Assembly (NCBI GenBank): GCA_964407835.1
Contig: CAYOXB010000004.1
Span: forward strand, 1-60,575
DNA: 60,575 bases
Reading direction: 5' to 3'
Source of the DNA: an uncultured Bacteroidales bacterium
GTDB taxonomy: Bacteria > Bacillota_I > Bacilli_A > ML615J-28 > CAG-698
Both the position numbers and the translations under genes were made by a program. This document shows, piece by piece, positions 28,401 to 37,209 of the stretch (position 1 is its first letter; each line of letters begins with the position of its first letter). The notes beneath the pieces were generated by a model. The model did no database searches and had not been told where the DNA came from. It saw nothing but the letters and a program-made list of their open reading frames with translations.

Positions 28401-30102
28401 TGCTATTAGAGTTGACTATTCTACAGTTCATGGAGTATTTAATATTAAAAATAACCATTTTGAAGATATTAAATATAATGGCTTCTACGTAAGATCATAT
28501 GTAGTTGCTCATAGTCCAATTGTATTCAATATTGAAGGCAATGTATTCAAAAACATTGGTGAAGCAGGAAAAACTGAAACTCCTGCATCTACAAGAATTG
28601 GTGCAATTGCAACTGCTGGATATGGCGAAACAAATAGCGCAACTTTCAATATTCGTTTCAACCATTTTGAAGATAACGTTAATTATATTACCCTAAGAGC
28701 TAATGTAACTGATGTTGATACATGGGCAACAAAACCTCATGAATGGAAAGCAATTATTGAATATAACTCATTCATCGATGCTGATGAAGTAACAAATTAC
28801 TTCATTAATGCTGCTAATGCAGCAGATACTGCGCAAACAAATGTTAATAATGTTGTGTTTGATAATAACTTCTATGGTAAAGATGCTGATACAAAAGCTG
28901 ATATTCTACCAAGTCAATTTGATATTTATGATGAAGAAAATAGTAACTTAACTGTTTATGAAACATTAGAAGAATTACTAGAAGCTATTGCAACTTATAA
29001 TGAATTTATTAAACCTATCTATGTAGACCCTGCTCTTGCAGACTTAGAAGATGACGATCCAGTAATGTATAATGGGATTGAACTCAAATATGGAGTTAGT
29101 GCATTTAGTAATCTTGCAGATGCTGTTGATGCAGCAGAAGCAGGTAAAATAATTATCCTTGCTCCTGGTTTACATCAAGCAGGTAATGTTAATGTAGTAG
29201 TAGACAATCTAACACTTGTAGGACCTAATAAGGGTATTAATCCAATTACAGGAACTAGAGCAGAAGAAGCTATTATCGAAGCTAAAGTTATTATCGGTGA
29301 AGGTGTTAAAAACTTCGAAGTTAATGGTATAACACTTAACTATAAAAACACTGGTAGCTATTTTATTGCTCATGCAAATGGTAAAATGGACGGATTTAAA
29401 TTCCTTTATAATATAATCGAAGGTTCACAAGGTGGTGGCGATGCAGCTCCACTTCGTTTCTTCCAAGGTAGTGCAGCTGTTGGTAATAAAAACTTTAATA
29501 TAAGTTTCAATATTATTAGAAATGTTGGTGCTGATAGAGGAATTAGAATTGCTCATATTGAAAACTTCCATGTGGAAGGAAACTTATTTGAAAAACTTAC
29601 AACTGATGCTATTCGTCTTAATGATAATAGTGGAAGTGTAACTGGTGAGTTTTATTTGATCAATAATACGTTTAAAGATATTGGTCAATTTGCAGTTTTC
29701 CAAGGTGCAACTAGTATAGAGAAAATGGTATTTACAGGAAATACATTTGATAATATGGGTACACATTACTCTGGTGGTGCTTTAAGTATTAGAGCACTTA
29801 CTCTACCTGCTGCTGGAACTGAAATTTTAATTGCTAATAATACATTTAAAGATAGTCAATCAGCAATTAGAATTGATCATGCTCTAGCTGCACAAGCTGC
29901 TAATATTGTTATTGAGAATAATGAATTCTTTGCTACATATGCATACATATATAATAATACTTTAGCTGGTGAAGTATCTACATTGTTCAAACTTAATAAT
30001 AAAGTTTACGATGCAGGTGGCGAATTATTAGACCTTGAAGAGCTTACAACTGGAGCTTCTCCAATGATTAAAAATGCATTTGTTGGAGATGCGTTTGAAT
30101 AA
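25483..30102 (+). CDS. Surface lipoprotein with four Big_2 Ig-like domains and three right-handed beta-helix (pectin lyase-like) modules
   Basis: Lipobox LVSC; four W(T/S)SS...ATVD..G.V....G...IT repeats; three modules each opening with AF...(D)A....I....G.(Y/H); repeated I.I.NN.F rungs. Confidence 0.8.
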   Translation: MQKNNKIIFLILMFFLFVGLVSCTKEVSLKFAKEEIEIVVGEEKELDLTVVGEDVILEWTSSDFSIATVDQDGKVVGVKVGEVTITVTAKDTDAKATITVIVKAKPEVVPTGVIVMNIPDEVKVGDVVTLSVTVLPEGASQEVVWSSSNPAVATVDATGKVSFLAVGEVVITAASKAKLTVKRDVPFSVQIPDPTEVVISSKTGLYEVLLSATLQMEATVHPDLADQTVIWSVNDSNIATITEAGLLQPKQVGTVIVSATSAVDDEVFGTKTITILRPPGTSLELTAPYKVLQIEEEMQLVTRILPELADQEVIFASTNSDVLTVDSTGKVVAVAVGTATITATAKTNPNVGKAVLVTVVEKVAEVDHDNYYVSAGVKNLSRYEKFVHDSEDYYVGINAFADFDEIDSLEEGTTIFVGEGIYIGSLVINKDNVSIISENELKDPNKVVFEKQAVLQGKFTLAADVKNVRFAGLSFTNTGRIENVSTLDGFTFENNFIYATQPAGKVWAPGRDYNLTGFITLWKMQQKVDNIVIENNKFENVPEVVIMIGNTDGVSIKNNTFTNFGQDAIRMDGGHNYNETTITGNRFVNDEVSGTNAIYFRSLGVNATADNRHMIEIADNYFENIGTDQDYSGAISAQGYQEWGVTINIHHNEFVSCYDYIWLRNNATAANHAANSWVANINFNVFLGLPENYYFRSKNGTTDTEETNPTLANLDANFFGDLDGNQIDLTDEDILALFIDVASLNYSFTSIEAMTALFVDLAWEGKADQEEILYDGMLLSYGKTAFSKIMDALEAVEPRGIIIVLPGEYDEEVEITKPVNMMTLNSNFNPVEDDSRFLDLAETSTVITKVWYLNNVSNVTIKGFTFTGEARVRQYGAENSAGLRGFVFENNYAHDTNAPTIAWKQTAYASYGISTKYDTTMPGFLSLAQFASWMYDFKIINNKFSNVLDTNIVLICTSGVTITGNEFIGSDRDAIRVDYSTVHGVFNIKNNHFEDIKYNGFYVRSYVVAHSPIVFNIEGNVFKNIGEAGKTETPASTRIGAIATAGYGETNSATFNIRFNHFEDNVNYITLRANVTDVDTWATKPHEWKAIIEYNSFIDADEVTNYFINAANAADTAQTNVNNVVFDNNFYGKDADTKADILPSQFDIYDEENSNLTVYETLEELLEAIATYNEFIKPIYVDPALADLEDDDPVMYNGIELKYGVSAFSNLADAVDAAEAGKIIILAPGLHQAGNVNVVVDNLTLVGPNKGINPITGTRAEEAIIEAKVIIGEGVKNFEVNGITLNYKNTGSYFIAHANGKMDGFKFLYNIIEGSQGGGDAAPLRFFQGSAAVGNKNFNISFNIIRNVGADRGIRIAHIENFHVEGNLFEKLTTDAIRLNDNSGSVTGEFYLINNTFKDIGQFAVFQGATSIEKMVFTGNTFDNMGTHYSGGALSIRALTLPAAGTEILIANNTFKDSQSAIRIDHALAAQAANIVIENNEFFATYAYIYNNTLAGEVSTLFKLNNKVYDAGGELLDLEELTTGASPMIKNAFVGDAFE

Positions 30103-30132
30103 AAATTTGAAATAAAATTTTAGTTTTAAAAT

Positions 30133-30168
30133 AAAAGAACTATAGATTTACTTCTATAGTTCTTTTTT
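30133..30168. terminator. Bidirectional intrinsic terminator
   Basis: AAAAGAACTATAGA-tttact-TCTATAGTTCTTTT. Confidence 0.8.
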
Positions 30169-31086
30169 CATACCTTGATAAAGGTTATTTATTTTCATAT
30201 ATTTATCTATTTCATTCATTACTACAAGTTTTTTTAAGCTCCAAAGAGGTTCAATTAGTTCATCTTTTGGAGCGTCTCCTGTAAGCCTGTGAATGATAAT
30301 ATTAGCATTTAAGAGAGTGATTTGCTTTGAAGTTATGGAAACATACTCATCTAAAGTGAGTATTTTAAAGGGTTTAGTTAAGTAAATATTTCCTAGTGGT
30401 GTCTTATTTAAAATAAATAAAGAATGGATTTTAAGACCCTGAATATCTTGTGTATTTAAAAACATTACTGTCTCTAACATCATTTCTGGTGTTTCATTAG
30501 GTAGACCATTTATAATGTGGGTAATAACTTCAAGTTTAGCTTCTCTTAGTTTTTTTACGGCTTGTTTAAAATCAGCTAAAGTATAGCATAAATTTAAATA
30601 TTCCATAGTTTCTGAGTGGATTGTTTGCAGTCCCAGTTCAACCCAAACAGGTATTTTATTATTTAGCTCTTTTAAATATTCAATAATTTGATCATCTAAA
30701 CAATCGGGTCTTGTTCCAATTGAAAGAGCTACTATATTTGGATCTAAGTGAATAGCATAATCAAAAAGAGTTTTAAGCTTTTCTAGGGGAGCGTAAGTAT
30801 TTGTATTAGCTTGGAAGTAAATAATATATTTGCCGTTTTTCCATTTCTTTGCCATTATTTCTTTTTGGGTATTGAATTGTTTTAGTAGATCATCTTTTGG
30901 ATTACCTGCAAACTCACCACTTCCTTTTGCACTACAAAAGATACAACCACCAAAGCCTTTTGAACCATCCCTATTCGGGCATGTAAAGTTACCATTTAAG
31001 GATATTTTAAAAACTTTAGAATTATATTTAGTTTTTAAGTATTGATTTAAGCTATTATATTTATGCTGTTTTGAAAAATAATTCAT
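30154..31086 (-). CDS. TIGR01212-type (YhcC/YtqA-like) radical SAM protein
   Basis: FTCPNRDGSKGFGGCIFC, YFQANTNTY, IGTRPDC, VELGLQT, HIINGLP, IHRLTGD. Confidence 0.88.
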   Translation of the reverse strand: MNYFSKQHKYNSLNQYLKTKYNSKVFKISLNGNFTCPNRDGSKGFGGCIFCSAKGSGEFAGNPKDDLLKQFNTQKEIMAKKWKNGKYIIYFQANTNTYAPLEKLKTLFDYAIHLDPNIVALSIGTRPDCLDDQIIEYLKELNNKIPVWVELGLQTIHSETMEYLNLCYTLADFKQAVKKLREAKLEVITHIINGLPNETPEMMLETVMFLNTQDIQGLKIHSLFILNKTPLGNIYLTKPFKILTLDEYVSITSKQITLLNANIIIHRLTGDAPKDELIEPLWSLKKLVVMNEIDKYMKINNLYQGMKKEL

Positions 31087-31183
31087 TTGAAGTTCCTACA
31101 CTTGTTATTTTATTATTATATATTAGCCTAATTAAGTAGTAATATCAAGTTGTAATGTATTTAATATAAAAAAATTATAAAAA

Positions 31184-31212
31184 TTGCTATTGTTTTAAAA
31201 ATGATGTATAAT
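31184..31212 (+). promoter_or_regulatory. Sigma-70-type promoter of the ncRNA
   Basis: TTGCTA (31184-31189)-17 bp-TATAAT (31207-31212), placing +1 near 31219. Confidence 0.7.
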
Positions 31213-31218
31213 TAAATT

Positions 31219-31387
31219 GCCTGGGGAGTTCGGGTTTTTATATAATTGCGGACCCAACAAATCTGATTTAGGAAGTTGAGGCATATTTAAGAGTGAACGC
31301 TTACTTGTAAGAATCCCAATAATATGCAAAAAGAGACTACCACCCTGTGAAAACGAGGTTTCACATTGTAATATCGGCTTCCTGGGT
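31219..31387 (+). ncRNA. ssrS: Probable 6S RNA
   Basis: GC-richer ORF-free island with its own promoter and terminator. 5' CCTGGGGAGTTCG pairs with 3' CGGCTTCCTGGG; GGACC pairs with GGTTT; there is an unpaired central region; GGaAGTT/GACTaCC and GCATATT/AATATGC form the apical stem. Folded by eye, no covariance model run. Confidence 0.72.
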
Positions 31388-31407
31388 TAAATTAAAAACA
31401 AGAAATT

Positions 31408-31442
31408 AAGACATTCTAGTTATTAACTAGGATGTCTTTTTA
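31408..31442 (+). terminator. Intrinsic terminator of the ncRNA
   Basis: AGACATTCTAGT-tatta-ACTAGGATGTCT followed by a T tract. Confidence 0.8.
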
Positions 31443-31514
31443 TCTAGTGTAAAAGAATAGGTTTAAACTATTTTTATTATTTTTGGTAATATTGTCGCTT
31501 TGGGCACTTTAGAC

Positions 31515-31543
31515 TTGAAAGCGCTTCGCTAATGGTATATAAT
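31515..31543 (+). promoter_or_regulatory. Promoter of the glutamate mutase operon with an overlapping LacI/cre-like site
   Basis: TTGAAA-17 bp-TATAAT; TGAAAGCGCTTC overlaps the -35 and spacer. Confidence 0.6.
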
Positions 31544-31578
31544 AATATATGTAATTTGTAGAAAAATCGGAGGATAAT

Positions 31579-31992
31579 GTGGATACAATAGTTATTGGTG
31601 TAATCGGAGCTGATGTACACGCAGTAGGAAATAAAATAATTGATTATACTCTAACAAGAGAAGGCTTTAATGTTGTTAATGTTGGGGTATTATCTACTCA
31701 AGAAGACTTTATTAATGCTGCAATAGAAACTAACGCAAAAATGATTCTTGTTTCATCTTTATATGGCCATGGGGAGATTGATTGCCGTGGTATGAGAGAA
31801 AAATGTATTGAGGCTGGACTTGATGATATTCTTTTATATGTTGGTGGTAATATTGTTGTTGGAAAACAAGAGTTTTCTGATGTAGAAATGAGATTTAAGA
31901 AAATGGGATTTGATCGTGTTTTCCCTCCAGGAACAACGATTGATTCTGTTATTGAAATAATAAAACAGGATTTAGAAAACCTTAGTGACTAA
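31579..31992 (+). CDS. glmS: Glutamate (methylaspartate) mutase S subunit, B12-binding
   Basis: [11 protein letters not shown] (DxHxxG), [17 protein letters not shown]; GTG start after SD ggagga. Also called mamA/mutS; not the glucosamine synthase. Confidence 0.93.
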   Translation: MDTIVIGVIGADVHAVGNKIIDYTLTREGFNVVNVGVLSTQEDFINAAIETNAKMILVSSLYGHGEIDCRGMREKCIEAGLDDILLYVGGNIVVGKQEFSDVEMRFKKMGFDRVFPPGTTIDSVIEIIKQDLENLSD

Positions 31993-33382
31993 ATCTTTAA
32001 AGACTAATTATTTATTAGTTGATATAGGTTCAACCTATACGAAACTAACAGCAGTTAATTTAGAAGAAGAAGATATTATTGCTACTAGTCAAGCACATAC
32101 AACTATTTTGGATGATGTTCATTTAGGTTATCAAGAAGCATTGGATTTACTTTTAAAAGATTTACCAAAAGATGTAGTGTTTGAAAAGATTTTTGCTTGT
32201 TCATCTGCTGCAGGTGGCTTAAAGATGGCAGCAATAGGACTTGTTGAAGAATTAACTGTTGAAGCAGCTAAAAGAGTTTGCCTTAATTCTGGTGGGAAGG
32301 TCGATTTAATTTTTTCTCACTACCTAACAAAATCAGATATAGAAAAAATTAAAGATGGTAAAATTGATATTATTCTTTTGGCTGGTGGAACTGATGGTGG
32401 AAATAGCGAAGTAGTTATTCATAATTTAGGAATGCTTGCAAGAGCAGGAGTAAAAATTCCTATTATTTATGCTGGTAATAAATCAGCACAAGATGAAGTT
32501 TTAGAAATATTTGAAGAATATAAACTAAATGGTCATATATGTGCCAATGTAATGCCGAAGCTCAATGAACTTAATATAGATCCTGCTAAGGAAGTTATTA
32601 AGAAAATATTTTTAGAAAATATTATTGAAGCTAAAGGTATTAAAGTTTTCTCAAAGAAAATTAATGGTGATTTACTACCTACGCCACAAGTAGTATTAAA
32701 AGCTATTGAGCTTTTAAGTGTTGGTTATTTAGGTGAAGTTGGATTTGGAGATAGTGTTTTAATTGATATAGGTGGTGCAACTACTGATATTTATTCGATT
32801 TCTAAAGGACTTCCAAAAACACCAAATACAATAGTTCAAGGCTTAGAGGAACCTTTTGCGAAGAGGACAGTAGAAGGAGACCTTGGAATGCGCTATTCTG
32901 CTGGTGGAATAGTTGATAGTCTAAATAAAGAAAGCTTAGAAAAATATAAACTAGCTGGAATTGATTTAGTAAGAGCAGCGGAGTTTCGTTTAAATAATGT
33001 TGAATTTATTCCAAACTCTAGTGAAGAGAAAAAGATAGATACTGTACTTGCAAAGATAAGTGCAGATACAGCCTTTTCTAGACATGTAGGAACTACTGAG
33101 GCTATGTATACTCCGGTTGGAGTTATATATGCTCAAAGAGGTAAGGACCTAAGTGAGACAAAAACAATAATTGGTACTGGTGGAGTTATTATTAAAAATG
33201 ACGAACCAGTTGAAATATTAAAAGAGATTCAAACTAATCTAAATAAACCATTAGAACTTAGACCAAAGGATGCTAACTTTTATTTAGATAGTGATTATAT
33301 TCTTTCCGCAATGGGACTTTTAAGTTTTGAAGAACCAATGCTCGCTTTAAAAATAATGAAAAAGAGAATTAAGAGAATTTAG
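31985..33382 (+). CDS. glmL: Glutamate mutase reactivating factor (GlmL/MutL-type, actin-like ATPase)
   Basis: [43 protein letters not shown]. Confidence 0.9.
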   Translation: MTKSLKTNYLLVDIGSTYTKLTAVNLEEEDIIATSQAHTTILDDVHLGYQEALDLLLKDLPKDVVFEKIFACSSAAGGLKMAAIGLVEELTVEAAKRVCLNSGGKVDLIFSHYLTKSDIEKIKDGKIDIILLAGGTDGGNSEVVIHNLGMLARAGVKIPIIYAGNKSAQDEVLEIFEEYKLNGHICANVMPKLNELNIDPAKEVIKKIFLENIIEAKGIKVFSKKINGDLLPTPQVVLKAIELLSVGYLGEVGFGDSVLIDIGGATTDIYSISKGLPKTPNTIVQGLEEPFAKRTVEGDLGMRYSAGGIVDSLNKESLEKYKLAGIDLVRAAEFRLNNVEFIPNSSEEKKIDTVLAKISADTAFSRHVGTTEAMYTPVGVIYAQRGKDLSETKTIIGTGGVIIKNDEPVEILKEIQTNLNKPLELRPKDANFYLDSDYILSAMGLLSFEEPMLALKIMKKRIKRI

Positions 33383-33384
33383 AT

Positions 33385-34842
33385 ATGGAACTAAGAAATA
33401 AAAAATGGACTGAAGAACAATTTTTAAAAGAAAGAGAAAAGGTCTTAGCTACTTGGCCAACTGGCCAGTCACCACTGCTTAATTTAGATATAGCTGTTGA
33501 AAGACTTAAAAAGATTCCAGCAGAGAAAAACTTTGCTATTCAGCTCAACCTTGCAAAAGAAGATGGAAGAACACAAATTCAACCACGAGCAGGTGTTGCT
33601 GTTTTAGATGATCATATAGAATTACTCCAGCATTTACAAAATGCGGGGGCTGATTTCCTTCCTTCCACAATCGACTCCTATACGCGTCAAAACCGTTATC
33701 AAGAAGCAGAAAATGGAATAAATGAAAGTATTAAGTTTAAGAGAAGTTTACTTAATGGTTTTCCAGCTGTTAACTACGGAGTTGAAGGTTGTGGAAAAGT
33801 CCTAGATGCTGTAAGTGTACCGCTACAAGCAAGACATGGAACACCGGACTCTAGACTTTTAGCGGAAATTATTCACGCTGCTGGTTGGACTTCTAATGAA
33901 GGTGGAGCACTTAGTTATAATGTTCCCTATGCAAAAGCTGTGTCTATTGAAGATACAATTAAGTATTGGCAGTATTGTGATCGTTTAGTTGGCTATTATG
34001 AGGAAAGAGGGGTTAAAATAAACCGTGAACCTTTTGGCCCGCTAACTGGAACTTTAGTTCCTCCAGTAATTTCTAATACTGTTGCAATTATTGAAACACT
34101 ACTTGCTGCAGAGCAAGGAGTTAAAAATATAACTGTTGGTTATGGGCAGGGCGGAAACTTAATTCAAGATGTTGCTGCTGTTAATGCACTAAGAGACCAA
34201 ACAGAAGAGTACTTAGAAAAATACGGATACAAGGATATGGAAATATCAACTGTATTCCACCAATGGATGGGTGGTTTTCCTGCTGATGAAGCGAGTGCTC
34301 TAGGTTTAATATCAATGGCTTCAACTGTTGCTGCTTTAAGTAAGGCTACTAAAATGATTACAAAGACTCCATATGAGTCTATTGGTGTGCCTACAAAAGA
34401 AGCAAATGCAATGGGAATAAAAGCATCTAAATTTGTTGTAACACTTCTTCGTGATCAAAAGTATGAAGAAAGTGCTAAGTATAAAGAAGAATATAACCAA
34501 ATCAAAAAAGAGGTTAATTCTATAATGGATCATATCTTTATTTTGGGTGAAGGTGATTTGGCTGTTGGGACAGTTAAAGCTTTTGACCAAGGAATTCTAG
34601 ATGTGCCTTTTGCACCTAGTAGATATAATGCGGGTAAGGTTCTTCCTGCTAGAGATATTGATGGTTGTATAAGAATCTTAGAATTTGGAAATATTGGCTT
34701 TAGCGAAGAAATAAAAGAATTTCATCGTAAGAAAATATTAGAACGTGCAAAATCAGAAGGTAGAGAAGTTTCATTCCAATTAACTGTTGATGATGTATAT
34801 GCTGTTAGTAATGGTAAATTAATTGGAAATTCAAATAAATAA
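33385..34842 (+). CDS. glmE: Glutamate (methylaspartate) mutase E subunit
   Basis: [60 protein letters not shown]. Confidence 0.95.
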   Translation: MELRNKKWTEEQFLKEREKVLATWPTGQSPLLNLDIAVERLKKIPAEKNFAIQLNLAKEDGRTQIQPRAGVAVLDDHIELLQHLQNAGADFLPSTIDSYTRQNRYQEAENGINESIKFKRSLLNGFPAVNYGVEGCGKVLDAVSVPLQARHGTPDSRLLAEIIHAAGWTSNEGGALSYNVPYAKAVSIEDTIKYWQYCDRLVGYYEERGVKINREPFGPLTGTLVPPVISNTVAIIETLLAAEQGVKNITVGYGQGGNLIQDVAAVNALRDQTEEYLEKYGYKDMEISTVFHQWMGGFPADEASALGLISMASTVAALSKATKMITKTPYESIGVPTKEANAMGIKASKFVVTLLRDQKYEESAKYKEEYNQIKKEVNSIMDHIFILGEGDLAVGTVKAFDQGILDVPFAPSRYNAGKVLPARDIDGCIRILEFGNIGFSEEIKEFHRKKILERAKSEGREVSFQLTVDDVYAVSNGKLIGNSNK

Positions 34843-34863
34843 TTAAAGAAAGAGAATTAAAAA

Positions 34864-36111
34864 ATGAAAATTGTAGATGTTATTTTATCAAAATCCTATA
34901 CTGGATTTTACTTTGATGATCAAAAAGCGATTAAAGCTGGAGCTAGCCAAGACGGTTTAGTGTATTTAGGAAAACCAATGACTGAAGGTTTTACTCAAAT
35001 TAGAATGCCTGGTGAGGCTATTTCTATTCAACTTGTTTTAGAAGATGGGTTAGTTGCTAAAGGAGACTGTGCAGCTGTACAATATAGTGGTGCAGGTGGA
35101 AGAGATCCTTTATTTTTAGCTGATGACTTCATTCCATTTATTGAAAAGAATTTAGTTCCGCTTTTAATTGGAGAAGATGTAAAAGATTTTAGAAAGTTAG
35201 CTGAAAAATACGATAATTTAGTTGTTGATGGGAAAAAACTTCATACAGCTATTCGCTATGGTGTTACTCAAGCATTACTTAGTGCAACAAGTTTAGTTAA
35301 AAGAAAAACAATGGCTGAAGTTGTACGAGAAGAATATAATATAAAAGATGACAAGTATGAAGCAGTTGATGTATTTACCCAAAGCGGTGATGATCGTTAT
35401 TTGAATGCTGATAAAATGATTTTAAAAGAAGTAGATGTACTTCCTCATGCTTTAATTAATCATGTGGAAACAAAATTAGGTCAACAAGGTGAAATTTTAG
35501 TTGCCTATGTAGAAAAATTAAATAAAAGAGTTAGAAGCTTAAGAAGTAATCCTAACTATATGCCAATTTTCCATATCGATGTTTATGGAACTGTTGGAAT
35601 AATCTTTGATAATAATGTTAGAAAAATTGTTGATTACTTTAAAATTTTAGAAGAAGCTGCAAAACCATTTAAACTAAGAATTGAAGGTCCAGTTGATGAT
35701 GGTACAAAAGAAGGTACAATGGCTCTTTTAAGAGATATTACTGCACTTTTAGATAAAGAAGGAGTTAATGTTGAAGTTGTTGCTGATGAATGGTGTAACA
35801 ATTTAGAAGACATTAAATACTTTGCAGATAACAGAGCTGGTCATATGCTCCAAATCAAAACTCCTGACTTAGGTGGAGTTAATAATACTATTGAAGCAAT
35901 TATGTACTGTAATGAAAAGAAAATTGGTGCTTATTGCGGTGGCACTTGTAATGAAACAAATATTTCAACTGAAATATCTGTTAACCTGGCTATAGGTGCA
36001 AAAGCTAAGCAAATACTAGGTAAACCAGGTATGGGTGTTGATGAAGCGATTATGCTTGTAAGAAACGAGATGAACCGCGTCTTAGCTATAGCAAACAAAA
36101 GAGGAAAGTAA
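34864..36111 (+). CDS. mal: Methylaspartate ammonia-lyase (beta-methylaspartase)
   Basis: GFYFDDQKAI, GDCAAVQYSGAGGRDPLF, HTAIRYG, LPHALIN, HIDVYG, VADEWCN, QIKTPDLG, GGTCNET. Confidence 0.95.
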   Translation: MKIVDVILSKSYTGFYFDDQKAIKAGASQDGLVYLGKPMTEGFTQIRMPGEAISIQLVLEDGLVAKGDCAAVQYSGAGGRDPLFLADDFIPFIEKNLVPLLIGEDVKDFRKLAEKYDNLVVDGKKLHTAIRYGVTQALLSATSLVKRKTMAEVVREEYNIKDDKYEAVDVFTQSGDDRYLNADKMILKEVDVLPHALINHVETKLGQQGEILVAYVEKLNKRVRSLRSNPNYMPIFHIDVYGTVGIIFDNNVRKIVDYFKILEEAAKPFKLRIEGPVDDGTKEGTMALLRDITALLDKEGVNVEVVADEWCNNLEDIKYFADNRAGHMLQIKTPDLGGVNNTIEAIMYCNEKKIGAYCGGTCNETNISTEISVNLAIGAKAKQILGKPGMGVDEAIMLVRNEMNRVLAIANKRGK

Positions 36112-36112
36112 A

Positions 36113-36370
36113 ATGAAGATTGGCGTTTGTGGCAGCTTAGAATCAAATGATTGCTTAATTACTGTAGAAGAAAGCGATAAACTAGAAATTATAATTGAAA
36201 GTATTGTTTATGATTTCTTTGCTGAACAAATTGAAGATGTAATAAAAAACACCTTAATAGAGCAAGGAATTGCTCAAATTAAGGTTTTTTGTAATGATAA
36301 GGGTGCACTTGATTATACGATTAAATCAAGGCTAGAAGTAGCAATTAAAAGAATGAGGGAGCAAGTATGA
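36113..36370 (+). CDS. citD: Citrate-lyase-type acyl carrier protein (gamma subunit)
   Basis: CGSLESND (prosthetic-group Ser) and DKGALDYTIKSRL. Confidence 0.9.
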   Translation: MKIGVCGSLESNDCLITVEESDKLEIIIESIVYDFFAEQIEDVIKNTLIEQGIAQIKVFCNDKGALDYTIKSRLEVAIKRMREQV

Positions 36371-37209
36371 GAAGATCACTATTATTCATTCCTGCAAATA
36401 ATCCAGGAATGATGCAAAATGCAAAACTTTTCAATGCCGATAGTATTATTTTTGATCTCGAAGATGCAATTAGTATGAGTGAAAAAGATAGTGCTAGAAG
36501 TATTTTAAAAAACTATTTAAACACTTATGACTTTAACTTTGAAGTTATCGTTAGAGTTAATGATCTTGACTCAGTTTATTTCTTAAAAGATTTAAATGAA
36601 ATAGTTCTTCCTAGTCTTGATACTATAATGCTACCTAAGGCTAGAGCAAGTCACTTTAAAAAATTAGATGAAATACTAACAAAACTAGAAACTGAGAAAA
36701 AATTAAAAAAGAAAATTAAAGTTATTCCGATTGTTGAGCTTGCTATATCAGTTTTAGAAATAGAAGAAATAGCAAAAGCAAAACGAGTTGATGGTATTTT
36801 ACTTGGTGCTGAGGACCTATCTAGTGATATGGAGTTTGAAAGAACTCTAAAAGGTGATGAGATATTTTACCCAAGAACTAGACTTGCTTATGTTGCTAGA
36901 GCATATGGTATAGATGCAATTGACACTCCATTTACTAATGTTAGAGATAATGATGGTTTAGTTAAAGATGCAACATATGCAAAATCTCTTGGTTTACAGG
37001 CAAAAGCTGCAATTCATCCAAATCAAGTTAGATTTATTAATGAAGTATTTTCACCATCTAAAAAACAAATTGAATTTGCTTTAAAAGTTGAACTTGCTTC
37101 TAAAAATAATAAAGGTGCATTTAGTCTTGATGGGCAAATGATCGATAAACCGATAATTGAAAGAAATAAAAAGATTCTTGAAAAAGCAAGAAAGTTTGAT
37201 TTGCTATGA
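36367..37209 (+). CDS. citE: Citrate/citramalate-lyase-type beta subunit (acyl-CoA lyase)
   Basis: RRSLLFIPANNP, FDLEDA, VRVN, LGAEDL, AIDTP, AIHPNQ; ATGA overlap with citD. Confidence 0.9.
   Translation: MRRSLLFIPANNPGMMQNAKLFNADSIIFDLEDAISMSEKDSARSILKNYLNTYDFNFEVIVRVNDLDSVYFLKDLNEIVLPSLDTIMLPKARASHFKKLDEILTKLETEKKLKKKIKVIPIVELAISVLEIEEIAKAKRVDGILLGAEDLSSDMEFERTLKGDEIFYPRTRLAYVARAYGIDAIDTPFTNVRDNDGLVKDATYAKSLGLQAKAAIHPNQVRFINEVFSPSKKQIEFALKVELASKNNKGAFSLDGQMIDKPIIERNKKILEKARKFDLL

Noticed and set aside
31219-31387. Cobalamin riboswitch upstream of the B12-dependent operon
   Set aside because: No B12-box or GGGAA/CCCGC core; the element has its own terminator, and a separate promoter lies downstream; the fold fits 6S better
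31985-33382. DNA mismatch-repair MutL/MutS (name confusion with mutS/mutL of glutamate mutase)
   Set aside because: Motifs are actin-like ATPase ([16 protein letters not shown]) and B12-binding, not GHKL or MutS
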